Of a stretch of 48,172 nucleotides of DNA, positions 29,545 to 39,165 are shown piece after piece. Every line of letters starts with the position of its first letter. Position 1 is the first letter of the stretch. The notes under the pieces are model-generated. The model ran no database searches and was not told the DNA's origin. It saw only the letters and a list, made by a program, of their open reading frames with translations. The stretch comes from Betaproteobacteria bacterium (GTDB taxonomy: Bacteria; Pseudomonadota; Gammaproteobacteria; Burkholderiales; JAHFRG01). Made by a program: the position numbers and the translations under genes. Location of the stretch: NCBI GenBank assembly GCA_023258935.1, contig JAHFRG010000002.1:1-48172 (forward strand), in the 5' to 3' direction.

Positions 29545-30621
29545 ATGAGCCGCACCATTTTGATTATGGCGGGAGGCACCGGCGGCCATGTGTTTCCCGG
29601 GTTGGCTGTGGCGGAGTATCTCAAGCAGCAGGGATGGCGCGTGGTATGGCTGGGCACGCGCACAGGTATGGAGGCGAAGCTGGTTGCACAACAAGGATAT
29701 GACATGGCATGGGTGAGCTTCTCGGGAGTGAGGGGGAAAGGCGCGCTGCGCCTTTTGTTGCTGCCGCTGCAACTATTGCAGGCTTTCTGGCAGTCTGCCC
29801 GCGCGATATTCAGGCACCGCCCGGACGTGGTGCTGGGAATGGGCGGCTATGTCGCATTTCCAGGCGGCATGATGACGTCATTGTTGAACAGACCACTGGT
29901 GATCCATGAACAGAATTCCATGGCCGGGTTGACCAACAAAGTGCTGGCAAAACTCGCCAACAAAGTCTTAGTGGCTTTCCCCGACGCGTTTGGCGCTGCA
30001 AAACCTGCCAACCAAATATTTACCGGAAATCCGGTGCGCAGCGAAATCGCCGCTATCGCACCACCGGAAGCGCGCTACGGCAATCGCACGGGAAGTTTGC
30101 GCCTGCTGGTAGTGGGTGGAAGCCTGGGAGCGCAAGCGCTCAATGCAACAGTTCCGCAAGCGCTGGCGCTGTTATCAGAGGAAGAAAGACCGCTGGTTAC
30201 TCACCAGTCGGGCGCACAACACTTTGCCGCACTCAAGCAGGGGTATGAACGCGCAGGCGTCGAGGCAAGGGTTGAAGCATTCATCGAGAACATGGCGCAG
30301 TGCTATGCGGAAACCGATTTGGTGATCTGCCGCGCTGGCGCGCTCACCATTGCCGAAATTGCGGCTGCGGGTATCGCCAGCATCCTGGTGCCTTATCCGC
30401 ACGCGGTGGACGATCACCAGACGCACAATGCGCGCTTTCTTGCGGACCGGGGTGCGGCATGGCTGCTGCCGCAAAGCGCAATGAATCCGCGTGCGCTCGC
30501 CAACTTGCTGCAAGGACTTACCCGGGAGAAATTGCTGCAAACAGCGCTGCGCGCTCGCGAGCTTGGTAAACCTGATGCAGCGCAATTGGTGGCGCAGCTG
30601 TGCATGGAGCTCGCGAGATGA
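29545..30621 (+). CDS. murG: UDP-N-acetylglucosamine--N-acetylmuramyl-(pentapeptide) pyrophosphoryl-undecaprenol N-acetylglucosamine transferase
   Basis: ILIMAGGTGGHVFPGLAVA N-terminus and RAGALTIAEIAAAG. Confidence 0.95.
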   Translation: MSRTILIMAGGTGGHVFPGLAVAEYLKQQGWRVVWLGTRTGMEAKLVAQQGYDMAWVSFSGVRGKGALRLLLLPLQLLQAFWQSARAIFRHRPDVVLGMGGYVAFPGGMMTSLLNRPLVIHEQNSMAGLTNKVLAKLANKVLVAFPDAFGAAKPANQIFTGNPVRSEIAAIAPPEARYGNRTGSLRLLVVGGSLGAQALNATVPQALALLSEEERPLVTHQSGAQHFAALKQGYERAGVEARVEAFIENMAQCYAETDLVICRAGALTIAEIAAAGIASILVPYPHAVDDHQTHNARFLADRGAAWLLPQSAMNPRALANLLQGLTREKLLQTALRARELGKPDAAQLVAQLCMELAR

Positions 30622-30803
30622 TTGAGATTTTTAACAACGGAGACGCCGAGACGCTGAAAAAAACAAAACTTTCTAGGTTTTTGTGTTTTGTAATCGAATT
30701 GAAAAGGAAAAACCTGTTCCTTGGAACTTCAAGCGCCCGGAAACTTGCAGAGGAAACTCTGCGCCTCTGCGTCTCCGCGTTGAGGATATTTTATGCGGCA
30801 TAA
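30618..30803 (+). CDS. candidate 61-codon ORF inside the murG-murC insert (MIEIFNNGDAETLKKTKLSRFLCF...), speculative
   Basis: ATGA overlap with the murG stop. It runs through the AT-rich inverted-repeat element and ends 11 nt inside the next small ORF. I recognised no family. Confidence 0.2.
   Translation: MIEIFNNGDAETLKKTKLSRFLCFVIELKRKNLFLGTSSARKLAEETLRLCVSALRIFYAA
30635..30782. repeat. AT-rich segment bounded by imperfect inverted repeats (MITE-like or long-hairpin element)
   Basis: CGGAGACGC (30638-30646) is the perfect reverse complement of GCGTCTCCG (30769-30777). Inward pairing extends to 17 nt with 2 mismatches, and 3 more bp pair outward across a 2-nt bulge. The interior is visibly AT-richer than the flanking genes and contains an A/T-rich imperfect hairpin at about 30657-30690. 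Confidence 0.35.
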
Positions 30804-30951
30804 GGTCAAGCATGTGCATTTCGTCGGCAGAGGCGGGGCTGCCATGAGCAGGGAGCAGGGACCCGCCGCTTTTGGGGCTACGGGATGCGACCGACCGCGA
30901 GTGGCACCGGCCGCCGATAGCGCGATGTTAATTGATCGAGACCCTCCGTAA
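30793..30951 (+). pseudogene. diverged duplicate of the murC 5' end, open as a 52-codon ORF
   Basis: 47 of the first 57 nt are identical to the true murC start at 30951 by hand alignment. The peptide [12 protein letters not shown] compares with [12 protein letters not shown] in MurC. A GAGGA Shine-Dalgarno sequence lies at 30782-30786. The stop TAA overlaps the genuine murC ATG (TAATG). Confidence 0.5.
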
Positions 30952-32342
30952 TGAAGCATAAGGTGAAGCATGTGCATTTTGTCGGCATCGGCGGCTCCGG
31001 CATGAGCGGCATCGCGGAAGTGTTGCTCAACTTAGGTTTTCAGGTAAGCGGCTCGGATCTCGTTGAAAATGCCGCAACTCAGCGCCTGAAAAAACTCGGC
31101 GCGAAGGTTTATCAGGGGCACGCTGAAGCATATGTCGAGCGCGCCGATGTGGTGGTGGTTTCAACTGCGGTCAATGCGGAAAATCCCGAGGTCAAGACAG
31201 CGCGGGCGCGCAACATCCCGGTAGTGCCGCGCGCCATGATGCTGGCGGAACTGATGCGTCTGCGTCGCGGCATCGCGGTTGCCGGAACGCATGGCAAGAC
31301 CACTACCACCAGCCTGATTGCCAGTGTTCTGGCGGAAGCGGGACTGGACCCGACTTTCGTCATAGGCGGAAGGCTCGAAGCTGCCGGCTCGCATGCCAGG
31401 CTGGGTAGCGGCGAGTTCATCGTGGTTGAGGCTGATGAATCGGACGCCTCATTTCTTTATCTGCAGCCGGTAGTGGCGGTTGTCACCAATATTGATGCCG
31501 ACCACATGGGCACCTATGGCCACGATTTCGCAAAACTCAAACAGGCATTCGTGGATTTCATCCAGCATCTTCCGTTCTATGGCACCGCAGTGTTGTGCAT
31601 AGATGACGCCGGAGTGCAAGAAATCGTCTCTGCAATTACCAAACCCGTCACCACATACGGCCTTTCCGAAGCGGCGCAGGTGCGCGCGGTGGACGTCGCG
31701 CACCGCGATGGAAAAATGCAGTTTCGCGTAATGCGCACCAGCGGCGGCAAGGACATGTCGATCACTTTAAATATGCCGGGAGTACACAACGTGCAGAACG
31801 CGCTTGCCGCAATAGCGGTGGGAATAGAACTGGGCGTTGCAGATTCCGTTATCGTCAAGGCGCTCGCCGAATTCAAGGGCGTGGGACGGCGCTTCCAGCG
31901 TTACGGCGAAATCCAGCTCGAGCGCGGCGGCAGCTTCACGCTGCTGGATGACTACGGCCACCACCCGGCTGAAATCGCGGCGACGCTGGCTGCGGTGCAC
32001 GGGGCTTTCCCGAGCCGGCGCGTAGTGCTGGCATTTCAGCCGCACCGTTATACCCGGACCCACGACCTGTTCGAGGATTTTGTGAAAGTGCTGTCCACCG
32101 TGGAAGTGCTCTTGCTTTGTGAGGTGTATCCCGCAGGAGAAGCAGCAATTGCAGCTGCGGACAGCCGGGCTTTGGCGCGCGCGATACGTGTGCGCGGCAA
32201 AGTCGAGCCGTTGTTTGTGGAGACTGTGGCCGAGCTTCCGCAGGCAATACGCAAAACGGCGCGGACTGGGGATGTGGTGATGACTATGGGGGCGGGCTCG
32301 ATCGGCGGTGTGCCCGCAATGCTCATGCAAAGCGCTGCATAA
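30951..32342 (+). CDS. murC: UDP-N-acetylmuramate--L-alanine ligase
   Basis: [19 protein letters not shown] Rossmann N-terminus and the [10 protein letters not shown]-loop. Confidence 0.95.
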   Translation: MKHKVKHVHFVGIGGSGMSGIAEVLLNLGFQVSGSDLVENAATQRLKKLGAKVYQGHAEAYVERADVVVVSTAVNAENPEVKTARARNIPVVPRAMMLAELMRLRRGIAVAGTHGKTTTTSLIASVLAEAGLDPTFVIGGRLEAAGSHARLGSGEFIVVEADESDASFLYLQPVVAVVTNIDADHMGTYGHDFAKLKQAFVDFIQHLPFYGTAVLCIDDAGVQEIVSAITKPVTTYGLSEAAQVRAVDVAHRDGKMQFRVMRTSGGKDMSITLNMPGVHNVQNALAAIAVGIELGVADSVIVKALAEFKGVGRRFQRYGEIQLERGGSFTLLDDYGHHPAEIAATLAAVHGAFPSRRVVLAFQPHRYTRTHDLFEDFVKVLSTVEVLLLCEVYPAGEAAIAAADSRALARAIRVRGKVEPLFVETVAELPQAIRKTARTGDVVMTMGAGSIGGVPAMLMQSAA

Positions 32343-32371
32343 CAGCAGGATGCGAAACAGAACCGAAAATT

Positions 32372-33292
32372 ATGAAAATGGTTGAGTCAAATGATTTTAG
32401 CGGATTGCGCGGAACCCTGCGGCTCAACGAACCGATGGCAGAACACGTAAGTTGGCGCGCCGGAGGCATGGCCGATCGCGCCTATATACCCGCCGATCTG
32501 GACGATCTGGCCTTGTTTTTGGAGACTTGCAGCGACGACGAGGCGATACATATGGTTGGGCTTGGCAGCAATCTTCTGGTGCGAGATGGCGGCGTGCGCG
32601 GCACGGTTATTCTGCTGCATGGGGCTTTGCAACAATTGCGCTTGGAGCCTGGCGCGCAGGAACACGGAATGATTTACGCCGAAGCAGGAGTATCAAGCCC
32701 CAAGGTGGCACGCTTCACTGCGGTGAATGGTTTTCAAGGCGCCGAATTTCTCGCGGGAATTCCCGGCACGGTGGGCGGCGCGCTGGCGATGAATGCCGGC
32801 TGTTATGGCGGCGAAATCTGGGAAATCGTGGCCCAGGTGCTGAGCATCGGCCGCGACGGAACGCTCAATCTGCGCCGGCCCTCAGATTACGAAATTGGTT
32901 ACCGCTCGGTGGTGCTGCACTCCAAAGCCGAGGAATGGTTTGCCGCAGCTTGGCTGAAGCTGCCGCGAGGGAACAGCATTGCCGCGCAGGAAAAAGTCAG
33001 GGATCTGCTCAAGCGCCGCATCATGAGCCAGCCGCTGAATGAGCCGAATGCCGGATCAGTGTTCCGCAATCCGCCAGGAGTGTTTGCCGCGCAGATGATT
33101 GAACAATGCGGACTGAAAGGCATGCGTGTCGGCGGCGCCGTAGTGTCAACCAAGCATGCCAATTTCATAGTCAACACCGGCGCAGCCACGGCTGCGGATA
33201 TCGAGGCTTTGATTGAAAAAGTGCGGCTTAGGGTGAGGCAGGAATGCGGAATTGAATTGGAAACTGAGGTGAGGATTATTGGTGAAGCGTGA
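32372..33292 (+). CDS. murB: UDP-N-acetylenolpyruvoylglucosamine reductase
   Basis: FAD-binding PCMH domain (GLGSNLLV) and the C-terminal GSVFRNP...AGQLIE-like motif ([17 protein letters not shown]). Confidence 0.93.
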   Translation: MKMVESNDFSGLRGTLRLNEPMAEHVSWRAGGMADRAYIPADLDDLALFLETCSDDEAIHMVGLGSNLLVRDGGVRGTVILLHGALQQLRLEPGAQEHGMIYAEAGVSSPKVARFTAVNGFQGAEFLAGIPGTVGGALAMNAGCYGGEIWEIVAQVLSIGRDGTLNLRRPSDYEIGYRSVVLHSKAEEWFAAAWLKLPRGNSIAAQEKVRDLLKRRIMSQPLNEPNAGSVFRNPPGVFAAQMIEQCGLKGMRVGGAVVSTKHANFIVNTGAATAADIEALIEKVRLRVRQECGIELETEVRIIGEA

Positions 33293-34199
33293 GACATTTG
33301 GAAAAGTGGCGGTGCTAATGGGCGGCTCCTCGGCTGAAAGAGATATTTCGCTTAAAAGCGGTCGGGCAGTGCTCGCTGCGCTCGAACGCCGCGGCGTGGA
33401 CGCGCACGCCTTCGATCCGAGCGAGCGGCCATTGGAGCATCTGCGGAGCGGGGGTTTTGACCGCGCCTTCATTGCGCTGCATGGCCGACTGGGCGAAGAC
33501 GGCACGGTGCAGGGAGCGCTACAAATGATGGGAATTGCCTATACCGGTAGCGGAGTAATGGCGAGCGCGCTGGCGATGGATAAATGGCGCACCAAGCTGG
33601 TGTGGCGCGCCGCCGGGGTGAGAACACCACGCTTTGAATTGCTGCACGCGGAAAGCAACTTCAAGACGGTGGCGAGAAAACTGGGATTGCCGTTGATGGT
33701 TAAACCGTCGTGCGAGGGCTCAAGCATCGGCATGAGCAAAGTGCTGAAGGCGGAGAAATTGCGCGCGGCGTACCGCCTCGCCGCAAAGCATGACAGCGTG
33801 GTGATCGCCGAGCAATTCATCAAAGGCAGTGAATTGACCGCCTCGATTCTCGATGATCAAGCGCTGCCTCTGATACGGGTTGAAACGCCGCGTGTTTTTT
33901 ACGATTACCAGGCGAAATATTTTGCAAACAGCACGCGCTATATCTGCCCATGCGGGCTCAGCGCAAAACAGGAAAAAAAAATTCAGGAGAAAGCACTGCA
34001 GGCATACCAGGTATTGGGTTGCAGCGGCTGGGGCAGGGTGGACCTGATGCTGGACAAGCGGCACGTACCTTATTTTATCGAAGTCAACACCGTGCCGGGC
34101 ATGACTGATCACAGCCTGGTGCCGATGGCGGCGCGCGCCGCTGGTTTGAGCTTCGAAGATCTGGTGATGCGAATTTTGGAGTCGTCGCATGTGGAATAA
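33279..34199 (+). CDS. ddl: D-alanine--D-alanine ligase
   Basis: [21 protein letters not shown]-terminus and an ATP-grasp core ([25 protein letters not shown]). The start is TTG 33279 or GTG 33282, overlapping the murB 3' end. Confidence 0.93.
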   Translation: MVKRETFGKVAVLMGGSSAERDISLKSGRAVLAALERRGVDAHAFDPSERPLEHLRSGGFDRAFIALHGRLGEDGTVQGALQMMGIAYTGSGVMASALAMDKWRTKLVWRAAGVRTPRFELLHAESNFKTVARKLGLPLMVKPSCEGSSIGMSKVLKAEKLRAAYRLAAKHDSVVIAEQFIKGSELTASILDDQALPLIRVETPRVFYDYQAKYFANSTRYICPCGLSAKQEKKIQEKALQAYQVLGCSGWGRVDLMLDKRHVPYFIEVNTVPGMTDHSLVPMAARAAGLSFEDLVMRILESSHVE

Positions 34200-34944
34200 A
34201 CCTTATTTGATGCTGTGGCTTGCCAACCTGCTTTATGCGCTTGCCGTAATTCTTGCGCTTTACACGGCGTTTAATGCGGTGATCCGTCTCCCGTGGTTTG
34301 AGCTGCGCGAAGTGGTGGTGAGAGGAGAGCTTGAGCATGTGACACGCGGGCAATTACAGCGGGCGGTAAAGCAACTCAGGGGAAATTTTTTCACACTGGA
34401 CATGAACCAGGCACGCAGTGGCTTCGAGAAATTGCCGTGGGTGAGAAGCGTTAATTTGCGCCGCCAGTGGCCGGATCGTTTGGAAGTGGTATTGGAAGAA
34501 CAGGTGGCGCTGGCGCGCTGGGACAGCGGTGGGCTGGTTAATACTTATGGCGAGGTTTTTCCGGGCGAGACGGACCTGAGTTTGCCGTTGTTTACCGGTC
34601 CTGCCGGAAGCGCGCCGGATCTCACCAGGCAATACCTGTTGTTCAGCCGCGAGCTCGCGCCCATCAAATTGCATCCCGTTGAGGTGCAAATGTCACAGCG
34701 CCACGCCGGGCAGGTATGGCTGGACAACGGCTTGTTGCTGGTGCTGGGAAGAGAGCATAGCGAAGCTCGACTCAAGAAATTCATCGCTGTTTACAACCGA
34801 ACCATAGCACAGCTGAAATGGCAGCCGTCTTACGCTGACTTGCGTTATGACAACGGTTTCGCGCTACGAGTGCCAGAAGGGGTGAGACAGCAAAACGAGC
34901 CCGTCAAAAAAGAAAAACGCAGGCCAGCGCGAGAGGAACTATAG
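34189..34944 (+). CDS. ftsQ: cell division protein FtsQ
   Basis: N-terminal TM followed by POTRA-like and FtsQ-type domains. Positioned between ddl and ftsA. Confidence 0.9.
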   Translation: MWNKPYLMLWLANLLYALAVILALYTAFNAVIRLPWFELREVVVRGELEHVTRGQLQRAVKQLRGNFFTLDMNQARSGFEKLPWVRSVNLRRQWPDRLEVVLEEQVALARWDSGGLVNTYGEVFPGETDLSLPLFTGPAGSAPDLTRQYLLFSRELAPIKLHPVEVQMSQRHAGQVWLDNGLLLVLGREHSEARLKKFIAVYNRTIAQLKWQPSYADLRYDNGFALRVPEGVRQQNEPVKKEKRRPAREEL

Positions 34945-34947
34945 AAG

Positions 34948-36192
34948 ATGGCAATGAGCCGGGGAAAGGAAAACAAGGATCTGATAGTGGGCCTTGATAT
35001 TGGGACCTCGAAAATCGCTGCGATTGTCGCCGAGGTCCGCCCCGAGGGCGGGCTGGAGATCATCGGTATGGGCAGTGCACCCTCGCGCGGCTTGAAGAAA
35101 GGCGTGGTGGTGAACATCGAATCCACGGTGAACGCCATTCAGCGTGCGCTGGAAGAAGCGGAGTTGATGGCCGATTGCAAGATCCGTGAGGTATATACCG
35201 GCATCGCCGGCAGCCACATCAAGAGCTTCAATTCCCACGGCATGGTGGGCATCAAGGACAAGGAAGTTACGCAGGTGGATGTGGAGCGCGTGGTGGAAAC
35301 CGCCAAAGCGGTGAATATCCCCACTGACCAGCAAATCCTGCACATCCTCAACCAGGAATTCATCATTGACGGCCAGGAAGACGTGCGCGAGCCGCTGGGC
35401 ATGAGCGGAGTGCGCCTGGAAGTGAAGGTGCACATCGTGACCGGAGCGGTCTCGGCGGCGCAGAACATCATGAAATGCGTGCGGCGCTGCGGACTTTCGG
35501 TGCGCGATTTGATTTTGCAGCCGCTTGCCTCCGCCACGGCGGCGCTGTCGGAAGACGAAAAGGATTTGGGTGTTTGCCTGGCGGATATCGGCGGCGGCAC
35601 CGCGGATATCGCGGTGTTCACACATGGCGCGATCCGCCATACCGCGGTGATCCCGATCGCGGGCGATCAAATTACCAACGATATCGCGATGGCGTTGAGA
35701 ACGCCGACCAAGGACGCCGAGGACATCAAGCGCCGCTTCGGCTGTGCGCTGCGGCAGCTGGCCGATCCTCACGAGATGGTGGAAGTTCCCGGGGTGGGTG
35801 ACCGCGGCCCGCGTCAATTATCCCGACAGACACTCGCCGAAGTCATCGAACCGCGCGTCGAGGAACTTTATTCACTGATTCAGGCGGAGTTGCGCAGAAG
35901 CGGTTTCGAGGAATTGCTGTCTTCCGGAATCGTAATCACTGGCGGCAGCAGCGCCATGCAGGGCATGGTAGAGCTGGGTGAAGAAGTATTCCACATGCCG
36001 GTGCGTCTCGGCATGCCGCACTATCTTGGCGGGCTTGCTGAAGTGGTGCGTCATCCGCGGTTTTCCACCGGAGTGGGCTTGCTGCTCATCGGCATGCAGC
36101 AGCGCCAGCGGCAGGAGCTGGTCAAACTGCAGAGCGGTTCTTTGCGCCCGATCTTCGAGCGCATGAGGCATTGGTTTCAGGGGAATTTCTGA
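34948..36192 (+). CDS. ftsA: cell division protein FtsA
   Basis: LIVGLDIGTSKIAAIV actin-like phosphate-1 motif, DIGGGTADIAVF, and a C-terminal amphipathic helix (IFERMRHWFQGNF). Confidence 0.95.
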   Translation: MAMSRGKENKDLIVGLDIGTSKIAAIVAEVRPEGGLEIIGMGSAPSRGLKKGVVVNIESTVNAIQRALEEAELMADCKIREVYTGIAGSHIKSFNSHGMVGIKDKEVTQVDVERVVETAKAVNIPTDQQILHILNQEFIIDGQEDVREPLGMSGVRLEVKVHIVTGAVSAAQNIMKCVRRCGLSVRDLILQPLASATAALSEDEKDLGVCLADIGGGTADIAVFTHGAIRHTAVIPIAGDQITNDIAMALRTPTKDAEDIKRRFGCALRQLADPHEMVEVPGVGDRGPRQLSRQTLAEVIEPRVEELYSLIQAELRRSGFEELLSSGIVITGGSSAMQGMVELGEEVFHMPVRLGMPHYLGGLAEVVRHPRFSTGVGLLLIGMQQRQRQELVKLQSGSLRPIFERMRHWFQGNF

Positions 36193-36294
36193 TAATGAAA
36201 TTCGAGATTAAAAACGGAGTTGAAACATTTGCGGTTATTGGTGGCCGAGGGCATTTTTACTGAAATTGAAATAATTGGCATAAAGGAGACACAC

Positions 36295-37446
36295 ATGTTT
36301 GAAATAGTGGATACACAAGCCCATGAAGCGGTAATCAAGGTGATAGGAGTCGGTGGCTGCGGCGGCAACGCCGTTGATCATATGATCAACCAGGGAATAA
36401 AAGGCGTGGAATTTATCTGCGCGAATACCGATGTGCAGGCGTTGAAGCGCAATCAGGCGAAAATCCAGCTGCAGATGGGCGCCTCTGTCACCAAGGGACT
36501 CGGCGCGGGAGCCAATCCCGACGTCGGGCGCGAAGCGGCGCTGGAAGACCGCGAGCGGATCGCTGAGCTGGTAGAAGGCACCGACATGTTGTTCTTAACT
36601 GCAGGCATGGGCGGAGGCACCGGCACAGGGGCCGCTCCGGTGGTGGCGGAAATCGCCAAGGATTTGGGCATCCTCACCGTCGCGGTGGTGACCAAACCGT
36701 TTGCATTCGAAGGCAAGCGCATGCGCATCGCGCAGCAGGGTGTTGAAGCGCTGTCGCAGTATGTGGATTCGCTGATTGTAATTCCCAACGACAAACTGAT
36801 GCAGGTGCTGGGCAACAAAGTCACGCTGGATGCCGCGTTCCAGGCCGCCAACGATGTGCTGCATGGCGCAGTGGCCGGCATAGCCGAAATCATCAGTTGC
36901 CCGGGTATGATTAACGTGGACTTCGCCGATGTGAGGACCGTGATGGCGGAAATGGGCATGGCTATGATGGGTTCTGCCAGGGCTTCGGGTGAGGACCGCT
37001 CCAGGCTTGCCGCAGAACAGGCGATTGCCTGCCCGCTGCTCGAAGACATCAACATATCTGATGCGCGCGGTGTGCTAATCAATATCTCCGCCAGCAAGGC
37101 CAGTTTTGAGTTGCAGGAAATGTATGATGTGATGGACACTATCAAGGCTTTTGCAGCGGATAGCGCTACCGTAATTGTCGGCGCAGTTTACGATAATGAA
37201 CTGCAGGACGATATTCGGGTCACGATTGTCGCGACAGGTCTTAATTCCCCGGTCAACCGCAAGCAGGAGAAGCCGTTAAGCGTGGTGAAAACCGGGACTG
37301 ACGCGGTGGAAATGGTGAACTATGCCGAGCTTGAAACACCTGCGGTGGTGAGAAGGCGAAACCGCGATGCGACCATCGAGGCGATGCGCCAGTCCGGCGT
37401 GGAGATGCTCGACATCCCGGCATTTTTGCGCAAGCAGGCGGATTAG
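36295..37446 (+). CDS. ftsZ: cell division protein FtsZ
   Basis: I chose the ATG at 36295, which follows an AGGAG. IKVIGVGGCGGNAV and the tubulin signature GGGTGTGAAPVVA are present, with the C-terminal DIPAFLRKQAD peptide. Confidence 0.95.
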   Translation: MFEIVDTQAHEAVIKVIGVGGCGGNAVDHMINQGIKGVEFICANTDVQALKRNQAKIQLQMGASVTKGLGAGANPDVGREAALEDRERIAELVEGTDMLFLTAGMGGGTGTGAAPVVAEIAKDLGILTVAVVTKPFAFEGKRMRIAQQGVEALSQYVDSLIVIPNDKLMQVLGNKVTLDAAFQAANDVLHGAVAGIAEIISCPGMINVDFADVRTVMAEMGMAMMGSARASGEDRSRLAAEQAIACPLLEDINISDARGVLINISASKASFELQEMYDVMDTIKAFAADSATVIVGAVYDNELQDDIRVTIVATGLNSPVNRKQEKPLSVVKTGTDAVEMVNYAELETPAVVRRRNRDATIEAMRQSGVEMLDIPAFLRKQAD

Positions 37447-37561
37447 CCCGAAAATGAGAAAGAAATACTGGCTGGCGGGATTGGCATATCACTGCGTATC
37501 GTGATAAAATTACCATTCCTTCCGTTAGACTAACTGTTTATTTAGAAAGCGTTCTTGACAA

Positions 37562-38473
37562 ATGATAAAACAGCGCACGCTGAAAAACATCATACGTGCA
37601 ACCGGAGTCGGTCTGCACACGGGAGAAAAAGTCTATTTGACCCTGCGTCCCGCCGCACCCAATACCGGCATCGTGTTTCGCCGCATTGATCTTTCGCAGC
37701 CGGTGGAAATCAAGGCCGACCCGCATCAAGTAGGGGATACGCACCTGTCTTCGTGCCTGGAAAAAAGCGGTGTCAAGGTGTACACGGTGGAACACCTAAT
37801 GTCGGCTTTTGCCGGACTAGGGATTGATAACGCTTATGTCGACCTCTCCGCTCCGGAAGTGCCGATCATGGATGGCAGCGCCGGGCCGTTTGTGTTCCTG
37901 CTGCAGTCGGCGGGAATCCAAGAGCAGAATGTACCCAAAAAATTCATCCGTATTAAAAAGACCGTGGAAGTGGTGGATGGTGATAAATGGGTGCGCTTTG
38001 AGCCGTATAACGGCTTCCGTGTCAATTTCAGCATAGATTTCGACCACCCGCTTTTTGAAGGCTCAAACCAGTCAGTCACGGTGGATTTCGCAACCACCTC
38101 CTATATAAAAGAAGTCAGTCGCGCCCGCACATTCGGGTTTATGCAGGAAGTGGAAACCCTGCGCTCGATGGGACTCGCCTTGGGCGGCAGCCTGGATAAC
38201 GCCATTGTCATGGACGAGTTCCGGGTGCTAAACAGCGACGGCTTGCGCTACGAGAACGAGTTCGTTAAGCACAAGGTGCTGGACGCCATCGGCGATCTGT
38301 ACCTGCTGGGGCATCCGCTGATTGGCTCCTTCAGCGGCCACAAGTCCGGGCATACCCAGAACAATGCCTTATTGCGCCGCCTGCTCGCCGATTCCCAGGC
38401 TTGGGAATTTGTGAGTTTCGAGCGCAGCGAGGAAGCCCCCGCGTTTCTTAGGCTGCAAGCGCAGTTCGCCTGA
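37562..38473 (+). CDS. lpxC: UDP-3-O-acyl-N-acetylglucosamine deacetylase
   Basis: [24 protein letters not shown]... and [14 protein letters not shown] motifs. Confidence 0.95.
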   Translation: MIKQRTLKNIIRATGVGLHTGEKVYLTLRPAAPNTGIVFRRIDLSQPVEIKADPHQVGDTHLSSCLEKSGVKVYTVEHLMSAFAGLGIDNAYVDLSAPEVPIMDGSAGPFVFLLQSAGIQEQNVPKKFIRIKKTVEVVDGDKWVRFEPYNGFRVNFSIDFDHPLFEGSNQSVTVDFATTSYIKEVSRARTFGFMQEVETLRSMGLALGGSLDNAIVMDEFRVLNSDGLRYENEFVKHKVLDAIGDLYLLGHPLIGSFSGHKSGHTQNNALLRRLLADSQAWEFVSFERSEEAPAFLRLQAQFA

Positions 38474-38530
38474 TTTTCTTATCCTGATTTTCCAGCAGCG
38501 GTTTACTCAATCCGTCTGTACGGTTGCCGC

Positions 38531-38716
38531 TTGCTGATACTCAGATTCTTTGCGTTTGTGACTTTGATCACAATCGGGCTTTCCTTGGCGGTAGGGCTAT
38601 TCACTAAAAACCGCAGTTACCTGAATTTTGCCTGGCAGTTATTCAAATTTTTCGCCGTTTTCGCAGTGGTTGTTATGGGGTTGTTTGTGCTCGAGAAACT
38701 GATCCTCGTGCTTTGA
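38531..38716 (+). CDS. candidate 61-aa two-TM small membrane protein (TTG start), uncertain
   Basis: Strongly hydrophobic ORF (LILRFFAFVTLITIGLSLAVGLF...FFAVFAVVVMGLFVL). Its 3' 78 nt overlap, convergently, the tail of the DUF721 ORF. Confidence 0.3.
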   Translation: MLILRFFAFVTLITIGLSLAVGLFTKNRSYLNFAWQLFKFFAVFAVVVMGLFVLEKLILVL

Positions 38717-39142
38717 GGCCCGCGCCAGCAAACCTTCCAGCGCGGTGCGCAGAGGTGATGCGGGGAGTCCCGCCGCAAGCTCCTGCAGATGACCCGCGGC
38801 TTTGCCGCCCAACCTGATTTTCTTATGGGGTTTCGGCTGACGGGGCGGGGGTTGCACTTCCACGCGAATTGCAGTAACCTCATATTCCCGCTTCTGAAAT
38901 TTAACTAATAAGCTTGGCGTAAGCTGCTTCAGTTTTGTGGCCACGGCCCCGTTGTCCGCAAACAACAGCAGTGAACTGTGCGTGAACCGGCCTACCCTGG
39001 CGGCTTGCGCCAGTGGCTTCGGCGCAATCTCGGTAAATACCCGCTGCATTTCGATCAGACGCAGCGCCTGCTTCACGAGCGCTTGAATGGCAGGTGTGGT
39101 ATCGAGATAGAAGCCGACTTTATGGGCAGGCATGGCGGGCAA
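38639..39142 (-). CDS. DUF721 / DciA-like protein
   Basis: 167-aa ORF. The core RFTHSSLLLFADNGAVATKLKQLTPSLLVKFQ resembles the DUF721 pattern. Its position between lpxC and the M23 peptidase/secA matches the arrangement I recall in Pseudomonas and Vibrio. The family call is from memory only. Confidence 0.6.
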   Translation of the reverse strand: MPAMPAHKVGFYLDTTPAIQALVKQALRLIEMQRVFTEIAPKPLAQAARVGRFTHSSLLLFADNGAVATKLKQLTPSLLVKFQKREYEVTAIRVEVQPPPRQPKPHKKIRLGGKAAGHLQELAAGLPASPLRTALEGLLARASKHEDQFLEHKQPHNNHCENGEKFE

Positions 39143-39165
39143 GTTCTACATGTGGGGGGATGTAA

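Noticed and set aside
30627-30794. Possible target-site duplication (ATTTTTA / ATTTTAT) flanking the inverted-repeat element
   Set aside because: The two heptamers are not identical, sit at unequal distances from the inverted repeats, and are simple A/T runs. This is not convincing evidence of transposition.
30600-30803. 67-aa ORF-track entry starting at 30600
   Set aside because: That start lies inside murG. If the frame is used at all, the ATG at 30618 (ATGA overlap with the murG stop) is the sensible start. Even that version is reported only as speculative.
34939-37145. Long minus-strand ORFs opposite ftsA (34939-35817, 35139-35621) and ftsZ (36453-37145)
   Set aside because: They are antisense frames of highly conserved genes, with biased composition (R/H/A or S/A-rich) and no motifs. 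The sense genes fully explain the region.
38474-38530. Imperfect inverted repeat (CAGCAGCGG ... CCGCTTGCTG) after lpxC as a possible terminator
   Set aside because: The loop is about 26 nt, the stem has a bulge, and there is no T-run. It does not fit an intrinsic terminator.
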